Shown here: piece by piece, positions 49,738 to 60,736 of the stretch
How the letters are laid out: each line of letters starts with the position of its first letter
Position numbering within the stretch: position 1 is the stretch's first letter
Notes under the pieces: generated by a model
Databases searched by the model: none
Seen by the model: the letters and a program-made list of their open reading frames with translations, nothing else
Told to the model about the DNA's origin: nothing
Assembly (NCBI GenBank): GCA_963845755.1
Contig: CAWJTV010000018.1
Location: 64,001-128,000 of the forward strand
DNA length: 64,000 nt
Reading direction: 5' to 3'
Source of the DNA: an uncultured Planctomycetota bacterium
Lineage (GTDB): Bacteria > Planctomycetota > Planctomycetia > Isosphaerales > Isosphaeraceae
Program-made: the position numbers and the translations under genes

Positions 49738-52700
49738 ATGGATGAATCGACCCTTGTCCTCGACGAGCTGGGGGCCAGCGACGAGTCGCTCGCGCGGTTG
49801 AATCACGAGCTCCACGGCGCGAAAGCGGAGCTCACGCGCATCCGAGGCGTCCTGTCCGCCGCCGAGGTGGAGGCCGACCAAGCCGGGCGCCAGTTGGTAC
49901 GACTCCGGGACGACGTGCGGACCTTGATCGGTGAGAATTCCGCGCTTCGCGTCGATAACTCGGTTTTCGTCGAGCAATCGCGGGTCCATGCGAAAATCCA
50001 GGAGCAGATCGTCCAGCTCAGGAATCAGCTCGAGGAGATCCATGGCAGCCGGGCCTGGGCCATGGTCCGAAAGGCCCGCTCGGCCCGGACGCGGTTGATC
50101 CGTGCCGTGACACTGCCCCGGCGATGGAGGGACTGGGTGCGGTCGTTCAAGAGGGCGGCCGTTTTCCGGCAATCGTGCGCGGCCAACCGCGGGCTCTCGG
50201 GGCCTTCGCATCCCGCCATCGCCTCCACACCTGCTGCCACTGGCGAGTTGGCGCCAGCCAACGCCGTTGCGGCCGTCGTACCATTGACGTTCGACGAGTT
50301 GCCCTGGCGGCGGCTCGGCGATTCCCGCGAGCATGGCTCCGTCCTGGGTCGATCTTACCCGATCCTCTTGATCGCGCACGGAGGCGACAGCACACCGGAG
50401 CTTCTCGGCCTGCTCCGGCTCGCCGGCGAGCTCTCGCAGTGCCGCGATTTCGACTGTCGCATCATCCTGGAACATCGCGGCGCGCTGTCGGACGCCTTCG
50501 CCCACATCGCCCCCACCCTTGAGATCGAAGCACTCCAGGAGCTAGGGTTGGACCTCGGACCGGCGCCAGAGTCGCTGGCCGCCGTGATGCGAAGGTTGAC
50601 GTGCCGTGGCGTCGCGGTCGTCAGCACCGCGACCGGCCCCGAGTACTTCACCGCGTTCGCGGATCGCGGCATCGGGATCATCCCCTGGATCGTGGAGCCG
50701 GCAACGACGAACACTTCCGCGAACGAACTGGTCCGCCTCGCCGTGACACGGACCCTGCGAGGGGGGGTCGCCATCGCACCGGCCGACCTGGAACCCGAGA
50801 TCGCGAGGACCCGATGGGGCCTCGCACCCGACCTCATCCAGTTCTTCCCGACGGATCCCGGCGGAGCGACCGATGCGCACGACGCGGCATGGACCCAATT
50901 CCGACAGCAATTCCTCCGGATCCTCGAGGATCACCACGAGTATCATCCGTCGCGCGACCTCAAGGTCTCGGTGATCGTCCCGAATTACAACCACGAGCGC
51001 TACCTGGACGAGCGCTTGCGGAGCATCTTCACCCAGACGTATCCGCCCCACGAGATCATCTTCCTCGATGACTGTTCCCACGACGATAGCGTCGCCGTGG
51101 CCCAGCGGTTGGCGGTCGAGTCGCCCGTGCCGTTCCGCCTGGTGCAGAACGAGACCAACAGCGGCAGCACGTTCCGGCAGTGGCTCAAGGGGCTCGACCT
51201 GGCCACGGGGGATCTCGTCTGGATCGCGGAATCCGATGACGCTTGCCAGCCTCAGTTGCTCGAGCGACTGGTCCCGGAGTTCTTCGACCCGGCCGTGACG
51301 CTGGCCTATGTCCAGTCGGCGAGCATCGGCCCGGATGGGCGGATCCTCGCCCCCGACTATCTCGGCTGGAGCGACGACCTGTCCGCCGCGCACTGGCGTC
51401 ACCCCTACCGTGTGCCCGGCGACGAGGAAGTGGAGCTCGCACTCAGCCAGAAGAACACGATTCCCAACGCCAGCGCCGTGGTCTTCCGGAGGAAGGCCGA
51501 GCTCGATTGTCGCGCGGAACTCGAGACGAGCCGGCTCGCGGGCGACTGGTTGTTCTACGCGATGCAGATCCGCGGCGGGACGATCGCCTACATCCCCGAC
51601 GTGTTGAACTTCCACCGCCACCACGACCACACCGTCCGAACGACCTTCGAGCGGACGACCCAGCCCTTCGTGGAGCAATTGAAGGTGAAGGCCCGGATCT
51701 TCGAAACGTTCCCGGTCTCGCCGAATGCCATCTCGCGCAGCCTGGCCCGTACCATTCAGGATTACCGCTTCCGTCTCGGAGCACTCGGGGCCGGTCGGCC
51801 GGCGTTGACAGGTCAGCCCCAATTCGTGCCCCTGCTGGAGCGCATCGAGGCGACGTTCACGAGCCGTCTCCCGGCGGCGCGTGACCTCCGGATCCTGATG
51901 GTCCTTGCCGACATCGAGGGCGGCCCCGGCCGCGAGGCGGCCATCTCGCTGGCCAACGCATTGGCGCGACGGTTCCGGGTCTTCCTTTGCAACGCCCGTC
52001 CCTGGCTGCTGGACCCCGAGATGGCTGCCCATGTGGATGAGAAGGTCGTCCTGCTCGAGGGGACGCTCGGCATGACGCCGTGGGCCCAGTACGGCGGCCC
52101 ACGTCACGGGAGTGAGGCCCATTCGACTGTGGACGACCCGCGCACCGAGGTGATCGCGGAGTTGATCCGCTTCCATCGCATCGATGTCATTCATACGCAA
52201 GGCTGGGAGGCGGTTCGGCTGGTCTCGGCCGTCGCTCCGGAGCCGCGAATCCCCTGGTTCGTCAACCTGCAGGACGGCGAGACCCCGTGGCACGACGCCG
52301 ACTTCGGCCGAATCGCGGGCGAGCTCCTGATTCGGGCATCCGCCGAGCCGACCATCGACGAGCCCGCCATGGGCTCGATCGAGAGCCAGACGGAGACTCA
52401 TGCCGAGGCGATCGAGGCGATCCGCGGTTTCTCGTCCGGCCCCGGGGCGATCCTCGATACGTCACGTGCGTCGTCCCGGGAGTTGACGCATCTCCGGATC
52501 CACAGAACGGCCCTCGCCCTGGAAGTCGATCGACTTCAGCGCGCCTTGCGCAACTGCCGGCAGCGCCTGTCCGCGGCCGAGGAGCTGACCTCGGTGTATC
52601 TGGATCGGACGGCCTCGTTGACATGGCGGATGGTCGAGAAAGTGGCGCGGTCGACTCGCTGGGTCGCACCCCGAGGAAGCCTGCGCCGGCGCACGATTCG

Positions 52701-53982
52701 TCATATCTTCCACGGCGTCCTGGCGATTTCGCGGCCCAGGCCGCACCGGGCCCCGGCCCATCGACTCGAGCCTTCCGCCCGGCGCTCGGCTTTGGGGCTC
52801 AGACCGCTCGACACACTCCTTCGAAACGAAACGGGCAAAGCGCTCGGCATCGCCGCGCCCACGACCAACCGGCGCGGGCGGATCCTGGTCATCGATCATG
52901 CAATTCCCACGCCGGACCGCGACGCCGGGTCGCTGCGCATGAGGGAAATCCTCAAGGCGATCCTGAGGCGTGGACATCATGTCGCGTTCATTCCCGACGA
53001 CATGCTCCTCATGACGCCTTACGCCCAGGATCTGCAGAATCTCGGCGTGGACTTGATCCATCAACCGCGTTATCCATCGGTGACCCATTATCTCGAACGG
53101 CACGGGAGTGAGTTCGACCTCGTCATCATCTCACGCGCCCCCATCGCTTCGAGGCATCTCGGGGCGGTCAAGTCACTGGCCCCGCAAGCCAGGGTCGTCT
53201 TCGACACGGTCGACCTCTATTTCCTCCGCGAGTCCCGCGCAGCCGACCTGCTGAAGGACGAGGACTTGCAACGTGCGGCTGCCGTTCGCAAGCGAGAAGA
53301 ACTCGACCTGGTGCGGAAGGCCGACGCCACTCTGGTCGTCAGCCCCATCGAGAGAGAGATCCTCAAGAGCGAGTGTCCCGGTATCGACGTTCGGGTTCTC
53401 CCGACGATCGTGGAACTCCCCGACGACGCGCCGACCCCTCATGAAAATCGCCGGAACGTTGTATTCATCGGCGGGTTCGCACATGCCCCGAACGTGGACG
53501 CCGTCGTCTACTTCGTGGAAGAGATTCTGCCTCGGGTCGTCAAGGCCATGCCCTCGGTCGTCTTTCAGATTGTCGGCTCGAATGTGCCGGCCAGGGTCCG
53601 CGAGCTCTCGGGCCCGAATGTCGAGGTCCTCGGCTATGTTCCCCAGCTCGGGCCGATTCTCGATCGGGCGGTCGCCGCGGTCGCTCCGCTACGGTATGGT
53701 GCCGGGGTCAAAGGCAAGGTGAATCAGAGCATGGCGCACGGCGTGCCCACGGTGGCGACGTCCGTCGCCGCCGAGGGAATGTACCTGGTCCACGAAGACA
53801 ACGCGATGATTGCCGACAATCCCGCCGAATTCGCCGACGCCGTCGTTCGGCTCTTCAACTCTCGGGAGCTGTGGGAACGGATCTCCGCCAGCGGGCGACA
53901 GAACGTGCGCCAGCACTTCTCGGTCGAGGCGGCCACGCAACGAATCGACGAGCTCCTGACCCTGGCCGGTCTCGCACGATAA
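49738..53982 (+). CDS. Multidomain glycosyltransferase, 1414 aa (coiled coil, GT2, GT4)
   Basis: KVSVIVPNYNH..LDDCSHD..WIAESDD; PTPDRDAGSLR..FDTVDL..FIGGFAHAPNVDAV..APLRYGAGVKGK. Confidence 0.92.
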   Translation: MDESTLVLDELGASDESLARLNHELHGAKAELTRIRGVLSAAEVEADQAGRQLVRLRDDVRTLIGENSALRVDNSVFVEQSRVHAKIQEQIVQLRNQLEEIHGSRAWAMVRKARSARTRLIRAVTLPRRWRDWVRSFKRAAVFRQSCAANRGLSGPSHPAIASTPAATGELAPANAVAAVVPLTFDELPWRRLGDSREHGSVLGRSYPILLIAHGGDSTPELLGLLRLAGELSQCRDFDCRIILEHRGALSDAFAHIAPTLEIEALQELGLDLGPAPESLAAVMRRLTCRGVAVVSTATGPEYFTAFADRGIGIIPWIVEPATTNTSANELVRLAVTRTLRGGVAIAPADLEPEIARTRWGLAPDLIQFFPTDPGGATDAHDAAWTQFRQQFLRILEDHHEYHPSRDLKVSVIVPNYNHERYLDERLRSIFTQTYPPHEIIFLDDCSHDDSVAVAQRLAVESPVPFRLVQNETNSGSTFRQWLKGLDLATGDLVWIAESDDACQPQLLERLVPEFFDPAVTLAYVQSASIGPDGRILAPDYLGWSDDLSAAHWRHPYRVPGDEEVELALSQKNTIPNASAVVFRRKAELDCRAELETSRLAGDWLFYAMQIRGGTIAYIPDVLNFHRHHDHTVRTTFERTTQPFVEQLKVKARIFETFPVSPNAISRSLARTIQDYRFRLGALGAGRPALTGQPQFVPLLERIEATFTSRLPAARDLRILMVLADIEGGPGREAAISLANALARRFRVFLCNARPWLLDPEMAAHVDEKVVLLEGTLGMTPWAQYGGPRHGSEAHSTVDDPRTEVIAELIRFHRIDVIHTQGWEAVRLVSAVAPEPRIPWFVNLQDGETPWHDADFGRIAGELLIRASAEPTIDEPAMGSIESQTETHAEAIEAIRGFSSGPGAILDTSRASSRELTHLRIHRTALALEVDRLQRALRNCRQRLSAAEELTSVYLDRTASLTWRMVEKVARSTRWVAPRGSLRRRTIRHIFHGVLAISRPRPHRAPAHRLEPSARRSALGLRPLDTLLRNETGKALGIAAPTTNRRGRILVIDHAIPTPDRDAGSLRMREILKAILRRGHHVAFIPDDMLLMTPYAQDLQNLGVDLIHQPRYPSVTHYLERHGSEFDLVIISRAPIASRHLGAVKSLAPQARVVFDTVDLYFLRESRAADLLKDEDLQRAAAVRKREELDLVRKADATLVVSPIEREILKSECPGIDVRVLPTIVELPDDAPTPHENRRNVVFIGGFAHAPNVDAVVYFVEEILPRVVKAMPSVVFQIVGSNVPARVRELSGPNVEVLGYVPQLGPILDRAVAAVAPLRYGAGVKGKVNQSMAHGVPTVATSVAAEGMYLVHEDNAMIADNPAEFADAVVRLFNSRELWERISASGRQNVRQHFSVEAATQRIDELLTLAGLAR

Positions 53983-54108
53983 GGAGGCATCGTGACCACG
54001 CACCCGAGTGCGTGGCTCGGACAGGGCGCAGCCCACCAACCTCGGGCGTCAGCCCGATCGGCTGAGGGGATCGCACTGACGTGCGAGGTTGGAGGGTTCC
54101 CCGTCCGA

Positions 54109-54879
54109 TCAGACGCGGTAGACTCTCATGTGCATTCCGCCGAGCGAGATGCGGCAAATGGGCTTGAAGATGAGTTTGTGTTTCGTCCGCTCATAGAATT
54201 CGAAGAACGCCTTTGTCTCGCCGGTTTCCGGGTCGTCTGTCCAGTCATCGAAACAGAGATACGCGCCGTGACTGAGCCGATCTTCGAGAAAGGCCAGGCA
54301 ATCCACCGCGGATTGGTACAGGTCGCAATCGACGCGGGCGAAGGCGACTTCGCGAATCGCCTCTTGAATACCAGGATCCGCGAGCGTCTCGGAAAACCAA
54401 CCTTTGACCAGGTGTACATGAGGGCGCACGTCCGTCTTAAGCCGCTGCGATACCGCTTCATAAGGGGCCGCGAACTCCCCTTTGTGCCACCATTGCGGAT
54501 CGTGAGGTGACAGGTCGGGCAAGCCCTCGAAACTGTCGAGCCCGTAAATGTTGATCTTCAGTCCGAGGTCATCGCAGTAGCCGATCAGTTCGTCGAGGCT
54601 GTTTCCCGTGGCGACTCCGAATTCCACAAGGTCGCCAGGGACCTTCTCGTCCTGGAGGGTTGCCAAGAACTGCTTCCACGCCAGGCTGTCGATCTTCCAG
54701 ATGGTCTTCTGCAACTCGGCCGCTTCCGGCGATCCCCAGGGATAAGGGAAGTGAATCCACCTCGGGGGAGGATCGGGCTCGCTGTGGAATGCCTCCCGGT
54801 GGAGGCTGGCGTAGTCGTTCGCTTTTTTGTCGCGACGAAGCATCGTCGAAGATCCGCCGATTCGATGTAGAAACTTCAC
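54109..54879 (-). CDS. TylF/MycF-like O-methyltransferase
   Basis: PGDLVEFGVATGNS..DSFEGLP..VKGWFSETL..VDCDLYQS..FDDW. Confidence 0.88.
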   Translation of the reverse strand: MKFLHRIGGSSTMLRRDKKANDYASLHREAFHSEPDPPPRWIHFPYPWGSPEAAELQKTIWKIDSLAWKQFLATLQDEKVPGDLVEFGVATGNSLDELIGYCDDLGLKINIYGLDSFEGLPDLSPHDPQWWHKGEFAAPYEAVSQRLKTDVRPHVHLVKGWFSETLADPGIQEAIREVAFARVDCDLYQSAVDCLAFLEDRLSHGAYLCFDDWTDDPETGETKAFFEFYERTKHKLIFKPICRISLGGMHMRVYRV

Positions 54880-55424
54880 GGAGAACCTCCCTGCCTGGTT
54901 CGCCCTCAGAGCCCCTTAAAAGAGGGGGGACCGTTCCCTCGAAGACTCGGAGTCAGTCCCCGTTTTCTTGGAGACTCTGATCTTGGGCGGGTCGTGTTGG
55001 GTTTCAGAAAAGGTGCCGAGGCATCGTGGCACCCCTGCATTAAACAAAAACCCCAGTTGACGCAAGACAAGATCGACATCCCAAGACGGTGGATCTCCCC
55101 GGTCTGGAGCGCCCATGAACTCGATGATGTGCAGCGCCGGTTCTCCGCTTCCATCTTCTCTTGACACTTACCAGAGAAAGGGCTAATCACAGGCCACGCG
55201 TTTGCCGTCTTCTCGGTCCTCAACCGTTTATTCGATTACGGCGCATCGGTTTCTTTCTCAGAATTGCGCCTCGACTTTCCCAACCGAACGTTGGGTCGAG
55301 TCACTGGGTCAAGGGCGTGCCATGGGAAGGCCTAGAGCGACGCAATGAAGCAATCCATCCGTGTCCGCCGATTTTCGGGGTGCGAGCAGTTCGATCGCCA
55401 CGACTTTTACGGAAGGACGGTTGC

Positions 55425-56363
55425 ATGCCGACGAGAATCCTCGTGACTGGCGGGGCGGGCTACATCGGATCCGTCCTGGTTCCCATGCTGCTCCAGGAGG
55501 GATACGCGGTTCACGTACTCGATTCCTTTCTCTTCAGCCAGACGAGCCTTGCCGACTGCTGCATCGACCCGAATTTCCAGGTGACGCGGGGCGACTGCCG
55601 CGATCGTGAGACGGTCTCGCGCTTGATGCGGCAAGCGGACGTCATCATCCCTCTTGCTGCGATTGTCGGCGCCCCAGCTTGCAAGAACGATGCAACGGCC
55701 GCCATCTCGATCAATCGCGAGGCGATCAAGCTCATCCTTTCCCTCCGGTCTCTTCAGCAACGAATCATCTTGCCCAATACCAACAGCGGCTATGGGATCG
55801 GTGAGAAGCAGTCGTTCTGCACCGAAGAGAGTCCTCTCCGGCCAATCAGCCTCTACGGCAAGACCAAGGTCGAGGCCGAACTCGCCGCGCTCGATGCCGG
55901 CAACGCGGTCACTTTCCGCCTGGCCACCGTTTTTGGAATGTCGCCCCGGATGCGCATCGACCTGCTCGTCAACGACTTCGTCTATCGCGCCGTCCACGAT
56001 CGCGCGGTGGTCGTCTTCGAGGGACACGCGAAACGAAACTATATCCACATTCGCGACGTGGCTCGGGCCTTCCTCCATGCCCTGGATCGATTCGACGCGA
56101 TGAAGGACCAGGCGTATAACGTCGGCCTGAGTGATGCCAATCTGTCGAAGCTGGAACTCTGCGCCCAGATCCGCAAGCAGATTCCGGGCTTCGTCTGTCT
56201 CGAGTCGCCGATCGGCGAAGATCCGGACAAGCGCGACTATATTGTCTCCAATGCCAAGATCGAGGCCACGGGCTTCTTGCCCCGTTACTCGCTCGGCGAC
56301 GGGATTCAAGAATTGATCAAGGGCTACAGGATTCTGAACAACAACCGCTTCGGGAACGTGTGA
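55425..56363 (+). CDS. NAD-dependent epimerase/dehydratase
   Basis: ILVTGGAGYIGS..LAAIVG..SLYGKTK..RLATVFG. Confidence 0.92.
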   Translation: MPTRILVTGGAGYIGSVLVPMLLQEGYAVHVLDSFLFSQTSLADCCIDPNFQVTRGDCRDRETVSRLMRQADVIIPLAAIVGAPACKNDATAAISINREAIKLILSLRSLQQRIILPNTNSGYGIGEKQSFCTEESPLRPISLYGKTKVEAELAALDAGNAVTFRLATVFGMSPRMRIDLLVNDFVYRAVHDRAVVVFEGHAKRNYIHIRDVARAFLHALDRFDAMKDQAYNVGLSDANLSKLELCAQIRKQIPGFVCLESPIGEDPDKRDYIVSNAKIEATGFLPRYSLGDGIQELIKGYRILNNNRFGNV

Positions 56364-56437
56364 GCCGGACTTTTTGCCGGTTTCTTCGTTTCGATCGATG
56401 AGAGGCGTTCGATCAGTCTTCCTGGACGGAGCGATTC

Positions 56438-58090
56438 ATGAAGCGAAAGCTCTACATCATTAACAACGGGATGAAAGACCTGCGGGGCCACTATTTCGAG
56501 ACTTCGGTTTCGATCGCGGAGGCGAGCCGGTCCCTGGGCTTGCATCCCATTCTCGCCGCGCACGTCACATGCCCGAGTGGCATCGTTCCCGACGAGCTGG
56601 AGTTCCACCCCGTCTTCACAACCGATCACTGGATGGCCGAACCGCCTCCACCGCAGTCCGACTTGCTGGGCCTTCGCGGCGAACTGGCACCCCTGGCATC
56701 CAACTCGATTGAAGACTTGCTGGCAGGCAAGATCGGCTTCGATCAGTACCTCGAGGCACGTTTCCTGCCGGAAGACACCGCGACCGGTTTCGTGCAGCCG
56801 GCGTTCCGATCGGTCGGGAGGCTGATCCCTCCCGCACTGCAAGAGCAGATCCGGCGCGTCACGCGGGCGGTGCTGCCGCCGGCGCTGCAAGAGTTGGGCC
56901 CTGTCCTTGTACGCGTCAGGCGTACGCTCAAGAGCGTGGTCCGACAACTCACCCCTCCGTTCGTCTGGAAGCGTCTTCATGCCCATCGTGCCAGGTCGGT
57001 GGAAGCCGCCATCGAGAAGACGTCGCCACCGTCAACCGGGCCGGCGATGGCGCTGGAGCGAATCGGGAATCGGATCGAATATGGGTATTCCATTCGCTTT
57101 CGGGATGATCTCGAACGATTGCTGAGCTTGACTGGATGCACATCAAATGATCATGTCTATATGCCTACGGCTCACGGTCGCGAATTGTACGCGGTCCTGG
57201 ATCTGATCGCGCGCTGGCCGGTCGAGTTACGCCCCACGTTTCATCTCGAATTCCGTCATGCGCTGGCGCTCACCGGGGCTGAGGGCCTGACCGAGGAACA
57301 CCCGTATTGCGCAGACCCACCGCGTCTACTTCGAAGCCGCGAGAGCCTTCCCATTCAACAGGTATGTTCATCTTTACACCGACACTGAGGGATTGTCCGA
57401 GGAATACGAACGGATCTCGGGCTTGGAGTTCGGCGTATTGCCGATTCCCTTTCGATCGCAACTCCTCAGTAGCCGGCCCCGAGAGGCAGGATCGCTGTGC
57501 ATCGCCCAGTTCGGGGACGTGCGCGACGAGAAGGGCTTTCACTGGTTGCCCGACCTCATCGACGCCATGATGGATGATTATCTTCGACCGGGACGAGTCC
57601 GTTTCTTGATCCAGGCATCGCTGATTCATCCGGAATATGAACCGAAGAGCCAAGCCGCCCTGGAGCGATTGAAGGGCTATCCCCGGGACTCGGTGCGATT
57701 GGTCGGGCTCGACGGACCGCTGAAACCGGATTCCTACTATCGACTGGTCTCCGAGGCCGATCTCGTCCTCTGCCCCTATGAGGCGATCACGTACCGGAAT
57801 CGCAGCTCGGGTACGCTCGCCGAGGCGATCGCGGCGGGAATCCCGACCGTGGTGCCACAGAACTGCTGGCTGTCGAGTCAGCCGCCCCCGGGTAGTGGAA
57901 AGACCTTCTTCGATCTCGAGTCATTTATCGACGCGGTCCGGTCGATCTGCGACGATTACCCCACCTATCATTCGCGCGCAAGGCCGGCCGGTACTCCTGG
58001 CTGGCCCATCATTCCCCGGAGCGCCTGGTCCGGTTACTCCTGGGGGAACGGGGTGAGTCCAGCGCCATTGCCGGAAAGGTTGCCTGACCT
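56438..58090 (+). CDS. Glycosyltransferase-like protein (frameshifts near 57315 and 57985)
   Basis: DLRGHYFE..; FGDVRDEKGF..ADLVLCPY..YRNRSSGTLAEAIAAGIPTVVP. Confidence 0.75.
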
Positions 58091-58116
58091 CTCGCTCTCG
58101 GGAAAGGATTCCACGG

Positions 58117-59292
58117 ATGCGTGTTCTTCACTACTACAACTGGGGGTACTTCGAACCGATTAGTTGCGGCGCGGACGTGGTCGCATCGAATCAGTTGGAG
58201 TACTTTCACCGTCGTGGCTGGGATGTCGATATCGTGCTGCACGCTCAACCGTGGCGCACTCATCATGCAGACGCGTTCCAGGCGCGATATCCCTGGATCC
58301 GATCCGTGCAGGTCGTCGATATGCCCTCGGGAGATTTCACGTTCCGTGGCCAGCTTTTCGCTCATCGACGGCTCGCGCGTTCCGAGCTCTACCGGAAACT
58401 GGCGCAGCAGGGACACGATCTCTTCTTGACGAATTATGTGTTCTCGGCGCCGCTGCTCGAGGCATTACCGAGCGGTTGCCTCAAGATTCTGGAGGCGGTC
58501 GATATCATGACTCATTCCTTCGCGCTGAACGAGCGGATTCACAATCCTGAACGAGACCCGATGTCGCGGGCTCGCGATCGCTTTACCTGGAATACCGAGC
58601 TGGAGCTTTATCGTCTCTTCGATAGCGTTCTGTTCCTCAACGAGGATGAGAGCCGACTGGTGGCACCTCGGCTTCCCGGACGGACTCACACGGTTCCCTC
58701 GATGATGCCCTGGGAGAGCCGACCGGATCGGGAAACCGAAACCACCCCGGCGGTGGATGAGACGTTCGACCTGATCTTCGTGGGCAGCGAGGCACACGCG
58801 AACCTGAGAGCCATCACCTCCTTCTACCGCGAGATCTTCGTGCCCTACTTGCGGAAACTTCAGATCAAGATGGCGGTCGTCGGAAAGGTCTGCGATCGTC
58901 TGGACTTTTCTGATTGGTACGTGACCAAGCTGGGCGTCATCCCCGGGGATCTTCGGGAGTATTACGAGCGGTCCAAGATCGTCATCGTACCGATCCTCGA
59001 AGGGAGCGGCCTCTCCATCAAGACCATCGAATGCCTGGCAAACGGACGAGCCGTGGCAACGACCCCGGTGGGGGCTCGGGGACTTCGCCACGATCCCGAG
59101 GCATTCCTCCAGCTCGATATGGCCCGAGATCCGCGGGGCACGGCCGAGGCGATCCTTGATCTCCTGGCCTCCGAGCCGAAACGGCTCCGCATGCAACGCG
59201 CAGCCCGCGACTACTATCGGACCCATTTCGGTGCGGACCGCTATTTTCGCGCCATGGACGAGGTTATGAGCTCGATCGGTATACCCGCCTAG
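58117..59292 (+). CDS. Glycosyltransferase family 4
   Basis: LIFVGS..VPILEGSGLSIKTIECLANGRAVATTPVGARG. Confidence 0.88.
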   Translation: MRVLHYYNWGYFEPISCGADVVASNQLEYFHRRGWDVDIVLHAQPWRTHHADAFQARYPWIRSVQVVDMPSGDFTFRGQLFAHRRLARSELYRKLAQQGHDLFLTNYVFSAPLLEALPSGCLKILEAVDIMTHSFALNERIHNPERDPMSRARDRFTWNTELELYRLFDSVLFLNEDESRLVAPRLPGRTHTVPSMMPWESRPDRETETTPAVDETFDLIFVGSEAHANLRAITSFYREIFVPYLRKLQIKMAVVGKVCDRLDFSDWYVTKLGVIPGDLREYYERSKIVIVPILEGSGLSIKTIECLANGRAVATTPVGARGLRHDPEAFLQLDMARDPRGTAEAILDLLASEPKRLRMQRAARDYYRTHFGADRYFRAMDEVMSSIGIPA

Positions 59293-59495
59293 GGTCGAGT
59301 CACTCGGGAATCGATGGGTGGAACTCCCGGCGTTAGCCGGTCCTTTCCGCCTGAAGGCGGACCTCAACCGATCAAGGGAAGGTTAACCGGTCACGAGTCG
59401 CTGAGTCGTGGGAAGGCGAATTATCGCAAGGACTTGGCCGCGATCAGCGGCGGTTTCTCCAGAGTCCTGGAGATCAGGGGAAAGGGACAATCGCG

Positions 59496-60638
59496 ATGAT
59501 CCAACACCGGCTTCGTCAGTTCGGCGACACGCTCCGACGACTGCTCAAGGTCACCACGCTGGCCGAGCACGAAGCGGTGTTGCAGCGTATCGAGTCGCTC
59601 AGTTCCCAGATGAACGCGCTTCCTCGACTCATCCGGTCCGAAGCGGCTGCCGGTCTCGAGACGACCTTGCAGTCGGCCTGTGAGTTGGAGGAGCGTCTTC
59701 GCCTGATGTTGGACTCCGAACTGGGACGCACCGCGATGACTCAGGAAGCCCGATTCGAAGAGCTCCGAACCAATATTCAAACTTATATCGATATCATCAA
59801 AAGTTGGGACCTGGATCGCTGGAAGATCGCGGAGTATGAGGGCCTCCTGCGCTACCTCCGCAGGCAGGATTATCTGCGTGCGATCCGCGAGGGGAGCCTG
59901 GCCGTACCCCGGCTGGAAACCCAACATCCCGTTGCCGTCTCGTCCAATGATACCAAGTTCCCACGGGGCAGCCGGAACGACAACTCGATCGCTCCTCGCT
60001 TTAACCGCAAACTCTACGGGTTCCTGGGGAACGATTCCGACCTCCGGGTGCTCGACATCGGCTGCGCGGGGGGTGGGTTCGTCCGCTCGCTGATCGACGA
60101 CGGACATTTCGCCGTGGGGCTCGATGGGAGCGATTACCCACTCTTGAATCAGACCGGAGAGTGGGCTACGATATCATTGCATTTGTTCACATGTGATGTG
60201 ACGAAGCCGTTCCGGCTCACGAACAGCGCGACGGGCGAACCGCTGCTGTTCGAGGCCATCACGGCCTGGGAACTGATGGAGCATATCTCCGAGGACAGCC
60301 TTGGCGGTCTGTTCGAGAATCTCGACCGTCACCTGGCCCCCAACGGCTCGCTCCTGTTCTCGGTCGCGACTTTCCTCGATTGGGATCCTCGGACCGGGAC
60401 CATCTGGCACGTCACGGTCAAGCCGCGCGGATGGTGGGAAGAGCTGTTCGCCAAGCAGGGGTTCATCGTGGAGGATCAGCATCCCTTCGGTAAGGACGAC
60501 TGGATTCGCGGTTCCGGCCGATGCCGGGGGGACTGGCACGAAGACGACGGTCTCGGTTTTCATGTGGTCCTGAGAAGGAAGGGTGCCTCGAGGGCGCTCT
60601 CCCAGGGTAAGAGCGAATGGCGAGCGTCCGTGGCATGA
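59496..60638 (+). CDS. Class I SAM-dependent methyltransferase with N-terminal coiled coil
   Basis: VLDIGCAGGG..ITAWELMEHI. Confidence 0.85.
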   Translation: MIQHRLRQFGDTLRRLLKVTTLAEHEAVLQRIESLSSQMNALPRLIRSEAAAGLETTLQSACELEERLRLMLDSELGRTAMTQEARFEELRTNIQTYIDIIKSWDLDRWKIAEYEGLLRYLRRQDYLRAIREGSLAVPRLETQHPVAVSSNDTKFPRGSRNDNSIAPRFNRKLYGFLGNDSDLRVLDIGCAGGGFVRSLIDDGHFAVGLDGSDYPLLNQTGEWATISLHLFTCDVTKPFRLTNSATGEPLLFEAITAWELMEHISEDSLGGLFENLDRHLAPNGSLLFSVATFLDWDPRTGTIWHVTVKPRGWWEELFAKQGFIVEDQHPFGKDDWIRGSGRCRGDWHEDDGLGFHVVLRRKGASRALSQGKSEWRASVA

Positions 60639-60736
60639 TCGGTATTGGTCCCTCAGGCGGCTGAGTCGCAACCCCGAATGACGAAGCCTCCTCGAGCAGG
60701 GTGTGGACTTCTCTTTCCCATGCATTCAGGAGTCGA

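Noticed and set aside
48930..49801. ORFs with RFEIRDS / ESRISNL repeats
   Set aside because: Translations of the non-coding heptamer array in several frames
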